DNA from: Lama glama | Taxonomy: Eukaryota | Direction: 5' to 3' | Length of the DNA: 64,000 nt | Assembly: GCA_028534125.1 (NCBI GenBank) | Contig: CM052818.1 | Coordinates: 22,818,001 to 22,882,000 of the forward strand | In this document: piece after piece, positions 24,699 to 37,928 of the stretch | Position numbering within the stretch: the first letter of the stretch is position 1 | Layout: every line of letters begins with the position of its first letter | Position numbers and translations under genes: made by a program | Notes under the pieces: model-generated | What the model was told of the DNA's origin: nothing | Seen by the model: the letters and a program-made list of their open reading frames with translations, nothing else | Databases searched by the model: none

Positions 24699-26884
24699 GA
24701 TAAAATGCTATTAAAGAAAAGAATTGGTATCTGTTTTTATAAGATGTTCATGTCTGAAGAGGAGTATGGCCTCTTGATACCTTTTCTGTTTTCTTAATTC
24801 TTTTACTAATGAATTGCCAATTAAATGAAAAAGGAGTGGACTCCATCTGGTAGCTATGTGGAATGAGAACAGATTAAATCTTACAATAAGATTGATTTTC
24901 TTGTGGCATTATTTAGATGAATTTGTGTCTGTTTGGGGCAGAAGAGATTACTGTACCTGCAGGATGAACGAGGCCCACCTGGTGTGGAGAATGCAGGTGG
25001 CCTGAGTGTGCAGGTGCTGATGGGTTTCTCAGTTTCTGTTGCTGTCATCTTTGGGCAGTGAGAACCAGACCACAGATTTTGGGTCTCTCCACTCGTATGT
25101 GTATGTCCACCTAGAACACCTGTCATTTCATTTCATTTTATTTGCATCATCTCCCGCCACTTTGGGCCTTTCATTTCTCTTGCCTGTGTCATAGCCTCTT
25201 GACTGTTCGCACTCTCCTGTCATCCCGTAAACTCCTGCCCAATGCGTATTCCCACAGTACACTTGGCCTCTTCCCAGCTCGCGGGCCTGACAACATGCCC
25301 AGCACATAGTGACCTCTTGAAAAAATGCTTATTCAATGAATGAATCCACCTGTTGCCAGATCTTTAATAGGTTCCTTTTGCCTTTAATGCTGTACCTTGA
25401 CTTTGAAAGTCCATCAGCTTTGCCATAAAGCTTCAGTGTTGCCATAAGGTTTATAGCCATGGGGCCGACAGTCACCCCCTCTTCTCACTGCACATCTCAC
25501 TTTGCAGCCCAACGAGGCTCCCTTGATTTCTGTGCACTGTGACACTTTTTTGCATCTGTGCCTTTCTGACCTGGCCCCTCTTCTTTTTCTATGATCACTG
25601 CTTGGTTTCTGGTCTTTGTTTTTGTTTTTGAATGTTAGTAGTCGCATACCAGACCTCCTGTTTTCGGTCCCTTCCGCAGCGGAAATGTCCATGCTGCAAA
25701 CCCTCGCCTCAGTTAGGCCACTGACTCAGCTCGGAACTTGTTTTCTTATCTATCAAATAGGGATAATACAGTAATGATGACCAACTTTTGGGCCCTGAAG
25801 TGTAATAATAATATATCCATAAATGCTACTTAAAGAATCACATAGTTAATGCTTGAATACATTCCAGTTGTGAAAAATTCAACTATTCATAGATGTTTAT
25901 AGCAAAAAAATGGATTCCTAATTCTACAGTCATCCCTCTTGCCAATCTCCCTCTTTCTTTTGGGAAAACCACTGTCAACAATTTGATAACCTGGCTCCTT
26001 TTCTGAGTACATTTATACCTATGAACATGACATGGTATATTTAAAGCACCAGTCTCACAGGGGTAAGGGTTATATGTAGTAATTTCCTGTGATTTTTTTT
26101 CACAGAAACACACTCTTGGTCTTTGATGGAGATTATTTACAATGGCTTGCCTCCTGTCTTAGCAGAGCAGGTGTTGGGGTCCTTGGATGTACAGTTAAGA
26201 ACTTGGTTTTTCCTTTGTAGTGGGTCATCCTTCCCTGTTTATCTGTAGAAAGAGAATGTGGAACTGGTGTTGTTGCCAAAACAAAGGACAGGAACAACAG
26301 AGGAGAAACTGTGCTGTGCAGTTAGGAGGTAGAACCCCCAGTTGCTAAGCAGGCAGTGAAAAGAGCAAGGGCAGCCCAGTGGACGTGGTTACTGGTAGAA
26401 GAGATCCAGTAGAATAATAGCAGCTCCTTAAAAACTCCTAAGGGGAGGCCAGTCCTCAGCAACCAATCCCCAGTGGTGGAGGAGTGACCCTTCTGTTCAT
26501 CAGTATCCATATCCTGCCACATCTGCTAAAGCAGTGCCATCCAAACACAGGCATAAGTAAACCAAGTACTATCAAGTGAGGAACATAAACTAACATTAAT
26601 TTCAGCTGTAAGAAAATACATAAATGTACATTTTGCAGCTATAAGAAAGTACATAAATCACAGCCAGGATTCAATGTATTACATAATCAATGAGTACTGT
26701 TACTAATCTGCCATTTATTAGCTGTGTGGCATGAGCAAGTGACTTACCTTTGCTTCAGTTTCCTCGTTTATAGGTGGGGAAAATAACAAAACCGGTTGCA
26801 TTCAGTTGTGAGAATTAAGTGAATTAATATGCATAAATTTATGGAAAGATGCTTAGTACTTAGTAAGTGTTTTAATGTGTGTGT

Positions 26885-26978
26885 GTGTTTTTTCCTCTTA
26901 ATGGAGATACTGGGGATTGAACCCAGGACCTTATGAATACCAAGCATGCACTCTGTCACTGGGTGTGCCCTCCACCCC
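26885..26978 (-). mobile_element. tRNA-derived SINE (short form)
   Basis: gatactggggattgaacccaggacc...; flanked by taatgtgtgt repeats. Confidence 0.8.
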
Positions 26979-28524
26979 TAATGTGTGTTTTTGTTTATTC
27001 TCATTACTGATCTACAGTAGAAGATAAAAAGATATGAATGTTATGGATTTGTTTTTCTGTAAGGTAATTAAAATATGTAAGAAAAAAATCAAATTTTTAA
27101 TAAAAAAGTCCTTTTTTCCCCATTGAACTCGTGGAGAAAACTCTTATAAGGGCATGAAAGAGACTGTATGTAATGTGGTGGACATTGATGTGCAGTTTGT
27201 TGGAAATTTTCATGATACTATAGATATCATCACATTGCACATACCTGTTGGAAATGTGATTGGAAATGCCTCATACATTTAAGTCTTAAAGCTTGGGGTA
27301 GGAAGGGTGCCTCTGCCAGAGGTGTGCTGCTGGTTGATTCAGGCCACTGATAAGTCCATTATGATGATTGCTCTTCTAGTTGGGCATGCTTTTTTACTTT
27401 TTCTTAAAAACTTTGTTTAATTGGAAAAGTAAATATGTGCATGCGGTAAGTCATTTAACTGTACAAAAAGCAATAAAGTAAAAAGTGAGTTTCCATCCTG
27501 CATCAGATGGCTCCTTCCCTAGAGGCAGCAACAGATATTAACAGTTTCCTGAGTATCCTTCCAACACACCTGTGCGCGCACACACACACGCACAATTAGA
27601 GCATAATGTGTGTACTGTTCTGCATCTGCACCTGTACACTTTGAAGACTGGTTCATGTCAAAGAGCAGTAATGCGCCTCATTCCTTTTCGTGGCTACATG
27701 GTGTAAGGTGGAGTCATAAAATTTCCCATGTCAGTTTCATATGATTCAACCTGATAACTTTGGGAAATACATTTATAGAATCCATCTCCTGTGGATAGAC
27801 GTTCATGTATTTTTTATCCTTGGGTGTTACAAACTGGCTCTCGTTGTACATACTCTTGTGTAAATATGAGGGTGTGTCTGTAGGATAAATTCCTAGAGTG
27901 GATGACTAGGTCTCCTGTGCTGTATGAACCTTGTCAAACCCTGCCGATTGCTCTTTTAAGTGGTTTTACCAGCTTCTGCTACAACCAGCAGTGTGCGAGA
28001 ATATAGGCAGAATTCCTGGGAGAAAAGGGAATGAAAGGATGGAGTGTTCATTCTTGTCTTCTCTTGGCGCTCAGGAAAACATTGCGGGATCTCCTTTTGC
28101 ATATGAAGGGGGAAGACTGTGAGCTCAGAGATGGTTGGTTATAATGATAATTATAGATACAATTTATTGGGCACTTACTACTATTACACACTATTTCACT
28201 TAATTCTTACCACAACCTGAGAGATGGATTCTGTTACTATTCTCATCCCTTAACCATTGAGGAAAATATAGGAAAAGAGATTAAATGCCTTATCTGTGGT
28301 TCCACAGCAAGTTACTAGTGGGCGAGGGTTGCCTGCTTCAAGATCCTCCTGTCTTCTCCCCTGTGCTGTACACTTTCATGTACAAATGAAGGACATTTTT
28401 TGAGGGGGTGAAAAACAATCTCTGTTATCTTTTATGCTTATATGTCAACATATATGTGTCTTTAAGGAACTTGTATTTCATTTTTCCCCGCTGAAACTAT
28501 GAAGTTGAATCCTTTTTTAAAATG

Positions 28525-28659
28525 ATTTCATTTTTATTTATTTATTTTTTGGGGGTAATTAGGTTTATTTGTTTTATTTTAATGGCGATACTGGAGATTG
28601 AACCTAGGACCTCGTGCATGCTAGGCCACATACTCTACCACTGAGGTATACCCTCCCCT
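28525..28659 (-). mobile_element. tRNA-derived SINE (camelid-type)
   Basis: Same family head and tail on the reverse strand. Confidence 0.85.
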
Positions 28660-29084
28660 TAAAATTGAACTTAAAATCCTATTCCAATTTAAAAAGAAAC
28701 CGTTATTGGGGTTTGAATTCATAAAGCATTTTCTTATGTTATATTCTTAAGCATTGTGATATTATACTTATTTTTAAATATGATTTTATTATAATTACAT
28801 ATGTATATGTATTACATACATAATAGCTATTTCAGATAGTTTCTGTTCTGTTTTATGTTTGTGTCATTCATTTAACTTTTTCAAGCAGCTATTCAGTAAA
28901 AATATTGTCTTTGGCTTTTTTATATTTTAATTTTCTTAATTGTCTTTGTAATATTGAATTTTAATCAGGTTCTAGCTGGTGCAAATGACAAGAGCAATCA
29001 CCTTAAATCCTTTTGCAGTAAAACAGAATGTAAGTCAATACTTTAATGGCGGGATCAGCATCCTTTTTTCCCCTTGATCCAGTG

Positions 29085-29162
29085 GGTAGCATGGCCGTGT
29101 GGTCTAAGGGTCTGGATTAAGACTCCAGTCTCTTTAGGAGCATGAATTCAAATCCTATTGCC
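29085..29162 (+). pseudogene. tRNA-Leu(AAG) pseudogene
   Basis: GGTAGCATGGCCGTGTGGTCTAAGGGTCTGGATT-AAG-ACTCCAGTCTC... follows mammalian tRNA-Leu-AAG (anticodon 29119-29121). Has CpG-decay changes, a damaged B box (GAATTCAAATCC) and a truncated acceptor stem. Confidence 0.85.
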
Positions 29163-30673
29163 TTCTTTTCTTTTCTTTTTTTTTTATTGTGCTAAAAATA
29201 CATAACATAAAATTTACCATCCAAACCATTTTTAAATGTACTATTCAATTGTGTTAAGTATATTCACTTTGTTATGAAACACATCTCCAGAACTTTTTCA
29301 TCTTGCAAATTTGAAGCTGGGTTAAGAACCAGCAGTATGAAAAATGCTACTCTAACACATAAACCATGGAGACTAAGAGATTGACATATGTCATTTAACA
29401 TTAGCAATGAACATTGTCATAAAAATCATCAGCATTTTCATATATTCCTTAGTGCTTCAAAGCCCAGTAAATCTGGGATTTCATTACCTGTGCCACTGCA
29501 ATTTCTTAGCTGTGTGATCTTAGAAAAGATGTTTAACTTTTCAGTCTCAGTTTTGTCATCTGTAAAATGGAGATTATTGAGGGAAATACCCATTAAACAA
29601 CAATTCTTCTTTTTCCTCTTCCCTCAGCCCTGGTAACCACCACTCTACTTTATGTTTCTCTGAATTTGACTACATTAGATACCTCATATAGGCTAAATCA
29701 TACAATATTTGTCTTTGTGTGTGTGTGTGTGCCTGGCTCTATTTTACTTAGCACAATGTCCTGAAGGTTCATCCATTTTTAGCATGTGATGGGATTTCCT
29801 TCCTTTGTAAAGTCAAATCATATTCCGTTGTAAGCTATAACACATTCTGTTGATTTCACCCATCAGTAGACATTTGGGTTGCTTCCACCTGTTGACTATT
29901 GTAATGTTGGTATGAATAAACACAGTTGTGTATTTATCTCTTTGAGACCCTGCTTTCAATTCCTTTGGATATACACCCAGAAGTAGGATTGTTGGATCAT
30001 ATGGGAGTTCCATTTTTAATTTTTTGAGGAACCTCTGTATGATTTTCCATAGTGGCTGAACCATTTTACAATCCTACGAACAGTGGACAGAGATTTCAAT
30101 TTCATTGCATCCTCTTCAAGACTTATTTTCTGTTTTTAATAGTAGGCATCCTAATGGGTGTTAGGTGATACCTTTGTGATGCTTTTGATTTGCATTTCTC
30201 AGGTGATTAATGATGTTGAGCATCTTTTCGTATGCTTGTTGACCATTTGTAAATCATCTTTAAGAAATGTTTCTGCAAGTCCTTTGCTCATTTTTATATT
30301 GGGTTATTTGATTCTTCATTGTCAAACTTAGGAGTTTGGTATGTATTCTGGATATTAACACCTTATTAGATATATGATTTGCAAATATTCTCCATTCTGT
30401 AAGTTACCTTTTCACTCTGTTGATTGTGTCCTTTGATGCACAAAAGCTTTTAAATTTAACAGTTTCATTTGTCTATTTTTGCTTTTGTTGTCTGTGCTTT
30501 TGGTGTTATATCCAAAAAATCAAGGCCAAGTCCAATATCATGAAGCTTTTCCTATGTATTTTCTTCTAGGAGGTTTTAAAAATATATATCTTTTTGTTTA
30601 AATGATCTTACATTTAGGTTTTTAATCCATGTTGAGTTAATTTTTGCATTTGGTGTAAGATAAAAGTCCAACT
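29163..30673 (-). mobile_element. L1MB-like 3' fragment interrupted by a ~270-bp duplicated segment
   Basis: T-rich tail, then aacataaaatttaccatc...ctccagaactttttcatcttgcaaa...cccattaaacaa. ORF track shows ORF2-like MVQPLWK...LPYDPTILLLGVYPKELK. Confidence 0.85.
29318..29589 (+). repeat. Copy A of a ~270-bp local duplication (inserted copy)
   Basis: Colinear with 31601-31870 from tgggttaagaaccagcagtatgaaaa to gggaaatac. Confidence 0.92.
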
Positions 30674-31600
30674 GAATTCAGCTCACTTTTGATGGCAGGC
30701 TTCAGTTATCCCTTAAAGTTCCCAGAAGAGCCATCTCAGTCCTTCGGGTTCTGTCAAAGTCACTTACATTGTACTGGACAAACAGCTCTTGAGCACTTGC
30801 TGTGTGTCTGATGGTTTGGGAAGTGAGGGCAGGAGATACAAATATGAATAAGGTAGGGAACTCTCAGGTGATGTGAATGCTCTATATCTCAGTAGGAGCT
30901 TTGGTGATAGAGGTTATGCATTTGTCAAAACTCAGCGAATGTGCACTTACAAGATTTGCACATTATATTGCATGTAGAGTTCACATCAAAAGAAAAAAAT
31001 AAAACAGATATTGAATTCTAGTTAATTATATGCACTCTGAAGTCTTCAGAGGGAAGGGCACTGATGTCTGGATTTACTTTAAAATGCATCCAGGAAAAAA
31101 GAGATAGATTAATAGATGAATAGAGGGGTGATTTGGTGATAGGCAAGTATATTTAAAGTATTAATGAATTTGTTCCATGTTTGAAATTTTTCATGATAAA
31201 ATATGGAGGGAAAAAGTTGGGAAGATAGGACTGAGAGGGAAACTGACCTTTACCTTACACAATGTAGTTAATGACCTCTTATGTCCTGTCCTAGTCTTTT
31301 TTTTTCAGATTGGGGGACATGGGGGTAGAACTAGTTAGCACTGAGAGCATTTATTCTCCTTTGCAGCCTGTTTGTAAACTTCTGAGTCATTCCCAGAAAT
31401 GCCTTCTATCATGAAGAATCAGAGGAATTAGAATGAGTGATGATTGCCACCAATTTTTGAAGTCCATCAGTGCCTCATTTTACACCATAACTTAGTATAC
31501 ATTTATACGGAACTGAAACAAACATTTCATGAAGCTATACTCTGATGCACTTTAATACTTCTATTTAGCTTACAAAGACAGGTCAATTTTCATCCATTAA

Positions 31601-31870
31601 TGGGTTAAGAACCAGCAGTATGAAAAGTGCTGCTCTAACACATAAACTGTGGAGACTAAGAGATTGACATATACCATTTAATATTAACAATGAACACTGT
31701 TGTAAAAATCATCAGCCTTTTCAGATGTTCCTTAGTGCTTCAAAGCCCAATAGATCCGGATTTCATTGCCTGTGCCGCTGCAATTTCATAGTTGTGTGAT
31801 CTTGGAAGAGATGTGTAACTTTTCAGTTCTATTTTTGTTGTCTATAAAATGGAGTTATTAGGGGAAATAC
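31601..31870 (+). repeat. Copy B of the ~270-bp local duplication (likely donor)
   Basis: Colinear with 29318-29589; its MIR-like portion continues past 31870 (aaatgaggtgatgtctgcaaagtgcttagcac). Confidence 0.92.
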
Positions 31871-33154
31871 ATACTTCATTGAGTTCTAGAAAAGGGTTAA
31901 ATGAGGTGATGTCTGCAAAGTGCTTAGCACCATGCCCAACTGAAAGGCCTCAATAAGTAGGAAATAAATTTTTAGCTGTGGATTCATTAACTTCTATATG
32001 TTTGGCCTCAAAAGAAATCAGAATGGCCTTCAAAGGGTTGTGGGCTTCAATACCTTCTTCTGTTCCATTTTCCAATGTGTTTTTTTATAGAAGAAACCTT
32101 CAGAGCACCCGACTATTTGCTATACCACTCAATACTGCTCAGTAAAACAGTACTCAGTTTTTCAGAAGTTGCCGGAGGTGGCATTGGCAAGAGTGCCATT
32201 TGGAAACATGGGGAATTTTGGCAGGCTTTGTGGTGTTTGTTGTTGGAGACTGCCTTGGCATAATCCTAGGTGAAAGAGGGGTGCCTGGGGTTTCTCACTG
32301 ATTCATTCCTTTAGCGTGGAATTCTGGATAAACTGTGTCTGCCTTCGGGGGTGGGTAGGAAGAGCCCAGTGGGCCTCATTATAGACAAGTTTACCTCTCT
32401 GAAATTTCCTTGCTGAGAGATTATTTTGCGTCATTTGGATTTCCTCCTTTTTAATCTGAACAATTTGGCTGCTGGTGGAAGTACTTAGCTGAAAATGTTC
32501 TGGTGTTTTTGGCACAATTAAAATTTTTAATCTTCTTAATTTAATAGAATCTTAGGATTGTATTGCTGGGAGAGCCCTTAGAAGATGAGAGAAATAGCAG
32601 GCCTCCCGGCACCAGGTCTAGCTCTTGCTCATGTCCCGCTAGAGAGGAGACGTGGTATTTTAGCTGGGGAACTGGTAACCACAGCCTATCTGAGACAACT
32701 GTTACTATGACTGCTTTGTGCTCTTGCAGTCCTTTTTGAGTGTGCATCTTACTACTTACTTTGCCAGTCGATTACCTTTATTACCAATTTAGAAGTCTTG
32801 GTGGCTTAACACAACAAAGATTTATTCATGTCCAGTTAGAGGTGGGATGGAGAATGTCTGTCTTTCTTTGCACAGATACTCAGGAACTTGGGCTGAGAGG
32901 GACCCCACCATCTTGGAGCCATTTATGATACATGCCTTCCAGGTTGCCTGGCAGGGAAGAGAATTCACACCCACTCTTCGACGCCTCTGTCCAGAACTGT
33001 AGTCACTTTGCTCATAGCTCATTAGTCAGAACTGGTCACATGACCCTGCCTAACTAGAAGGGGCTGGAAATATGGAAGAATGTATGGAATATTTGATGAG
33101 CATTATCAGAGAGAAGGGCCCCATGATATTAAGTTTATTAAAACTGCATACTGA

Positions 33155-33267
33155 GGGGAAGGTATATAGCTCAGTGGCAGAGTACACGCTTAACATGTAC
33201 AAGGTCCTGGGTTCAATTCCCAGTACCTCCATAAAAAAAAAATACATACCTCCCCCACAAAAAAACA
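33155..33267 (+). mobile_element. tRNA-derived SINE (camelid-type)
   Basis: A/B boxes and A tail. TSD aaaa(c/t)tgcatactga at 33140-33154 and 33268-33282. Confidence 0.92.
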
Positions 33268-33556
33268 AAAATTGCATACTGAAAAAATACAGCTTCCTCT
33301 TCTCTACATCTACCAAGTTTCATTACCCTCTAAACCTCTAGGTTCGTAGAGGCCATCATGGCAGCAGCTTTTGCTTACAGCTTGGTGGGGACAGGGAATC
33401 TGCTGCCAAGTGCAGAGTAATGCGGTCTGTGAGCAGAGCGGCAGATAATACAGTAGAGAAATAGTAGGGGTGGCTGTGGCTTCCTCTGCTGACCTCCCTC
33501 ACCAGGGAGTAGGTTGAATTGCTTTCACTGTGGGCTTTATCTTCCTGGTTAGTTTG

Positions 33557-34042
33557 TGTATAGGCTGAAAAATAATCCCTCTCTCCCCCTGTAAGATATC
33601 AAGTCTTAATCCCTGGGAACCAGTGGATATTATGCATCAAAAGGTGCAGATGTGATTAAATTAAGGATCTTGAGAAGGGGGGATTCTCCAGGATCATCCC
33701 AGGGGCTCTAAGTGGTATCACATGTATCCTTACAAGATGGAGATTTGACACAGTGTCCACAGTGGCAGGGATAGGAGTGATTTGCTATTCCTTGGCTTGT
33801 AGTGCCATTCCTACAAGCCAGGGAATGCCAACAGCCTGCAGAAGCTGGAAGAGGCAGGGAATGGGATCTCCCCTAGAGCTTCTGAAGGGAGTGGGGCCCT
33901 CCTGACGCTTGATTTTGGCCCAGTGGTAATGAATGATTTGACACTTCTGAACTCTGGAACCGATGAAAAATAAATTTTTTCTGTCATCTTAAGCCACCAA
34001 GTTTGTGGTAATTTTTTACAGCAGCCACAAGAAATTAATACA
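33557..34042 (+). mobile_element. MLT1 (ERVL-MaLR) solo LTR
   Basis: TG...CA ends; gcagatgtgattaaattaaggatcttgag; aataaattt..; aagccaccaagtttgtggtaatt..acagcagcc..aattaataca. Confidence 0.88.
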
Positions 34043-35495
34043 CTTAACTTCATACTTTCTTGGTGGTCAGTGGCAATTGCCCTTGTAACCAGTGCCCTGA
34101 GGGATTGGTGACTGGAGTGAGTCCTGGGGAACTGAGTGGCTGGAGCATAGGGTAAGAGTGAGAATTTTCTTTCCATACTCTTTTTTTTACCTTTTTAATT
34201 TGAACCATGTGAATGTACTACCTATTCAAAAAATAAATTAATTAATCCTTATGTCTCTGGGAGCCTCTGTAGTAGGGGAACATGGTTAATTTTATTTATT
34301 CATTTTCCTGAGTAACATCCAGGGCAATTTGTGTTCTGTGTTTTGGGTAACTTTTCAAAATGTTGCCCCATAGGCCTTACCATTCCACCTGATCCGTTTT
34401 CTTCTCTCTCTGTTGTGCTTCTGATGTTTGGGTCTAGGTCAGTGGTAAGACAGAATTATGTGGTGGAAAATGAATGGTAGTGTAATAATTGTAGTTTTTA
34501 ATTTGAGTTTAAAAATGTAACTTAGTTAAAAATTACCTCAGGGTTACCTCTCACCCTGGATCAGGGCTTCCTAACCAGTGTGCTGAGATTTAATTCCTCA
34601 GCCTTAGGGAGTGCGGGATAAGGCTGGTGGCGTCTACTTCAGGAATACCACCCCTTGATACCAGTATGCTATGCAAATAATATTATTTTCAATGTGTGCA
34701 GTGATGTGGAAAGGTTGGTGAACACTGCTCTAGGTAAAATGTGGCCTTATAGTTTTTAAATGTTGCATAAAAATAGCTATGGAAACAAACAAACTTGCTG
34801 GATCTTTGGGGAAATTCTAATGATTACTTCGCTTCAGTGCAGGAGTCTGCAGCCTTTTTTCCATGTGATGCTTGTGGTGAGGATGGTCATGACCTGGCGC
34901 TCTCCTGATGAGGGCACTGGCATGCCTGCAAAGCCCAAAAGGCGGGCTCGTGTTCAGTGTCTCCCACACATGCCTGTAGGAGAAAAAAGGCAGAATAACA
35001 TGTTAGGAAATGATCTTGAGTTCACTCTTATTTACCAGGAAATCATAGAAAACTTGGGCATGTCTACTGTCTGTAGGAACCAAATCCTTCTGACCCATGT
35101 AATAACTTAGATCACAGTAGAGAACCACTGTCCTCACAGAATAATATTTCCTATTGTGGCAAGCTGAGTGTAAGTTAATTTCAAGCCACCAAATAAGAGA
35201 TAGATTGGTTTTTTTTTTTAAAGTACTAGTGACAAGCAAACAAATTTTTTTTTGCCAATGGTATTATATGCTGTATGTAAATAAGAACTTTATCAAGTTC
35301 AGTTTTCATGTGTTGAGATATTTGTTGTTCTGTTGCATCCCAGTGGATCTGATGATGTTGGTTATGCTGTCTGTTCTTTGTTTTCTGGAAAAATAACTGA
35401 ATTAGTATGTCAGTGTAGTACTATCTGAAGAAATCTAAGAGCTATTAAAATGCTTAAAAATAAGATGATCTATTCTTCTTTTGTTCTCTTGACAG

Positions 35496-36141
35496 GATAA
35501 TTGAAGCCATCTGCATAGGTTGGTTCACTGCAGAGTGCATCGTGAGGTTCATCGTCTCCAAAAACAAGTGTGAGTTTGTCAAGAGACCCCTGAACATCAT
35601 AGATTTACTGGCAATCACGCCGTATTACATCTCCGTGTTAATGACGGTATTTACGGGCGAGAACTCTCAACTCCAGAGGGCTGGAGTCACCTTGAGGGTA
35701 CTTAGAATGATGAGGATTTTTTGGGTGATTAAGCTTGCCCGTCACTTCATTGGTCTTCAGACACTTGGTTTGACTCTCAAACGATGTTACCGAGAGATGG
35801 TTATGTTACTTGTCTTCATTTGTGTTGCCATGGCAATCTTTAGTGCACTTTCTCAGCTTCTTGAACATGGGTTGGACCTGGAAACATCCAACAAGGACTT
35901 CGCCAGCATCCCTGCTGCCTGCTGGTGGGTGATTATCTCTATGACTACAGTTGGCTATGGAGATATGTATCCTATCACAGTGCCTGGAAGAATTCTTGGA
36001 GGAGTTTGTGTTGTCAGTGGAATTGTTTTATTGGCTCTACCTATCACTTTTATCTACCATAGCTTTGTGCAGTGTTATCATGAGCTCAAGTTTAGATCAG
36101 CCAGATATAGTAGGAGCCTCTCTGCTGAGTTCCTAAATTAA
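35496..36141 (+). CDS. KCNG3: KCNG3 coding exon 2 (S2-S6 and pore)
   Basis: Polypyrimidine tract and acceptor ttgacag| at 35494-35495. Reads (G)IIEAICIGWFTAEC...S4 TLRVLRMMRIFWVIKLARH...pore TTVGYGD...S6 LALPITFIY (PxT rather than PxP, typical of silent Kv subunits), TAA 36139-36141. 665+646 nt = 1311 nt = 436 aa plus stop, phase-compatible. Confidence 0.97.
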
Positions 36142-37922
36142 TCCATTACAAATCAATTCTTGCATACACTTCTTCTGATAGAGTTGACGCTACTTCATAT
36201 TCATGCGTTTCTTGCTGGGTGAACACTGCAGTGGTACCGACATCGTCGTGGTAGAGTGAAAATTGTCCTTCCCAGCTGAAGGGATAACACAATGTACTTA
36301 CTATGGAGTAAATAGAATTGCAACCGCAAAGGAGAAGTGATGACTCCTAGAGTAGATTTTACGATCTTATTTTGTCTAGACTCGTCTCCTCCTTGCCTCA
36401 AACAATTACACGTTTGTGTTTGTTTTGAAGTGTATGATTTGAACATTTTAAAACTGAAAGCTACTATTTTCCAAGTGTTTTTCCATCTTGTGAATGCAGA
36501 AGAAGCTTGGAAGTTATAGTGTTATTTTTTTTGCTGGAGAGTAACATTTTCATTTCTAAATGTTTTATAATCTCTCATATCAATGTCAGTAGTATCCTGG
36601 AAACATATGTCAGATGCAGGAACTGTTTAACAAATACTTTAAAAATTTGGCCAAATTTTAAACTGTATAATGGAGCTAGCAGACACAAGCAAGAACAGTA
36701 TTTGAAAAATTTCTCCAGCATATTTCTCAATTATCTGGTTTACTTTTGTGCCTATTATTCACCTTATCATACAGCTTCATGGATACTTGAGTACATTCTT
36801 TCTTTTCCATTTTGGATTTCTTTTACTTCTGTCCTGAAATGACTCAGAAGATTATTGTGTTGTTGAGCATTTCATTGGAGTTCATTTTATTTGAATTCAT
36901 TGCTGTTACTATGTGATAATTGTTCTGTCAGATGTCCAAACAAGATTTCCAACATTAAAATGATAATACAAATAGCTTGATATTACAACCCATATTTATC
37001 TTCTTCTGCTCTTAATTTTTTCTTCCAAACACCATGGGTTTAATAAGACTTACTAGATGAAAGGATCTTTATGTAGCTGTTTTATACCAAAGTCTTACTT
37101 GGGTGTTGTCACTGGATTGTCCTAAAAAAAGACAGTATTTCTTTACTCTTCGTTGCTGTGTAGCCAAGCCAATTTTAAGCCAGCTAAAAGCAACAAATAT
37201 ATAATTATTTTATCCGATCTTTACCACTGTCAGTTATAGCTATGCCAAAACTTCTTGTAACAATATTGAGCAGTATGCCACACTAATCTGGCTAAGTTAT
37301 TAGGACTAGATAATGTAAAACTGATGATTGTTTAGTGCTCAATTTTAGCAATCTGAATTAGGATTTTGCTTTGTTAACCAGTTGCCATAAAGTCATCAGT
37401 GTATAAACACAAAAAATTAAAGTCATAGATTTGTGAGTAATGTCATACATTGTAATTTGGCAGGGGTGGAGGGGTGAAGAGAGCAGATGGAAAGGAGACC
37501 AAGCTGTATTTATTTGTCGAAGGAAGGGTTACCAGAAGTGTTCATTAAAGGAATATTAGCCATCATCTAGTTCAGACCTCAGCTAGTACAGGTAGAAGAC
37601 CAGGGCAAGAGAGGATATGGTTGAGAAGGAATTGGGGCTGAGACCTGGATCCCTTGGAACCTAGCCCAGCAGTTTGTTCTTAACACACCTCTGGGTTTTG
37701 AGAAAAGCCTGAGAAGCCACACTCCTTGGCTGTTGCCCTTGCTGAGGTAATAATAGCAAAATCGTTCCTTTTCTCTGATTTCCTTTCCTGAGTTTGGTGA
37801 TATTTTGGCCGTTAAGACTCTCACCCCATCTAGCCTAATGCATCTTGCATACTGGTATGTTACTTATTACATACTCAAACTGTGTTATTTATTGTATATT
37901 TATTGTATTTTAATATATTTGA

Positions 37923-37928
37923 AATAAA
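37923..37928 (+). terminator. Probable proximal KCNG3 poly(A) signal
   Basis: AATAAA preceded by U-rich/TGTA elements (about 37880-37920) and followed by a T-rich tract, about 1.8 kb after the stop codon. Confidence 0.6.

Noticed and set aside
26597..26660. Imperfect ~33-bp tandem repeat (cagct.taagaaa.tacataaat)
   Set aside because: Two copies only; ordinary slippage duplication, no array or spacer structure.
35461..35474. taagatgatctatt near the exon 2 acceptor matches the L1 TSD at 10954 and 11724
   Set aside because: A 14-nt AT-rich match is expected by chance in 64 kb; no further homology.
35542..36141. 199-aa ORF as a stand-alone gene
   Set aside because: Starts at an internal GTG; it is KCNG3 exon 2, joined in frame through the acceptor at 35495.
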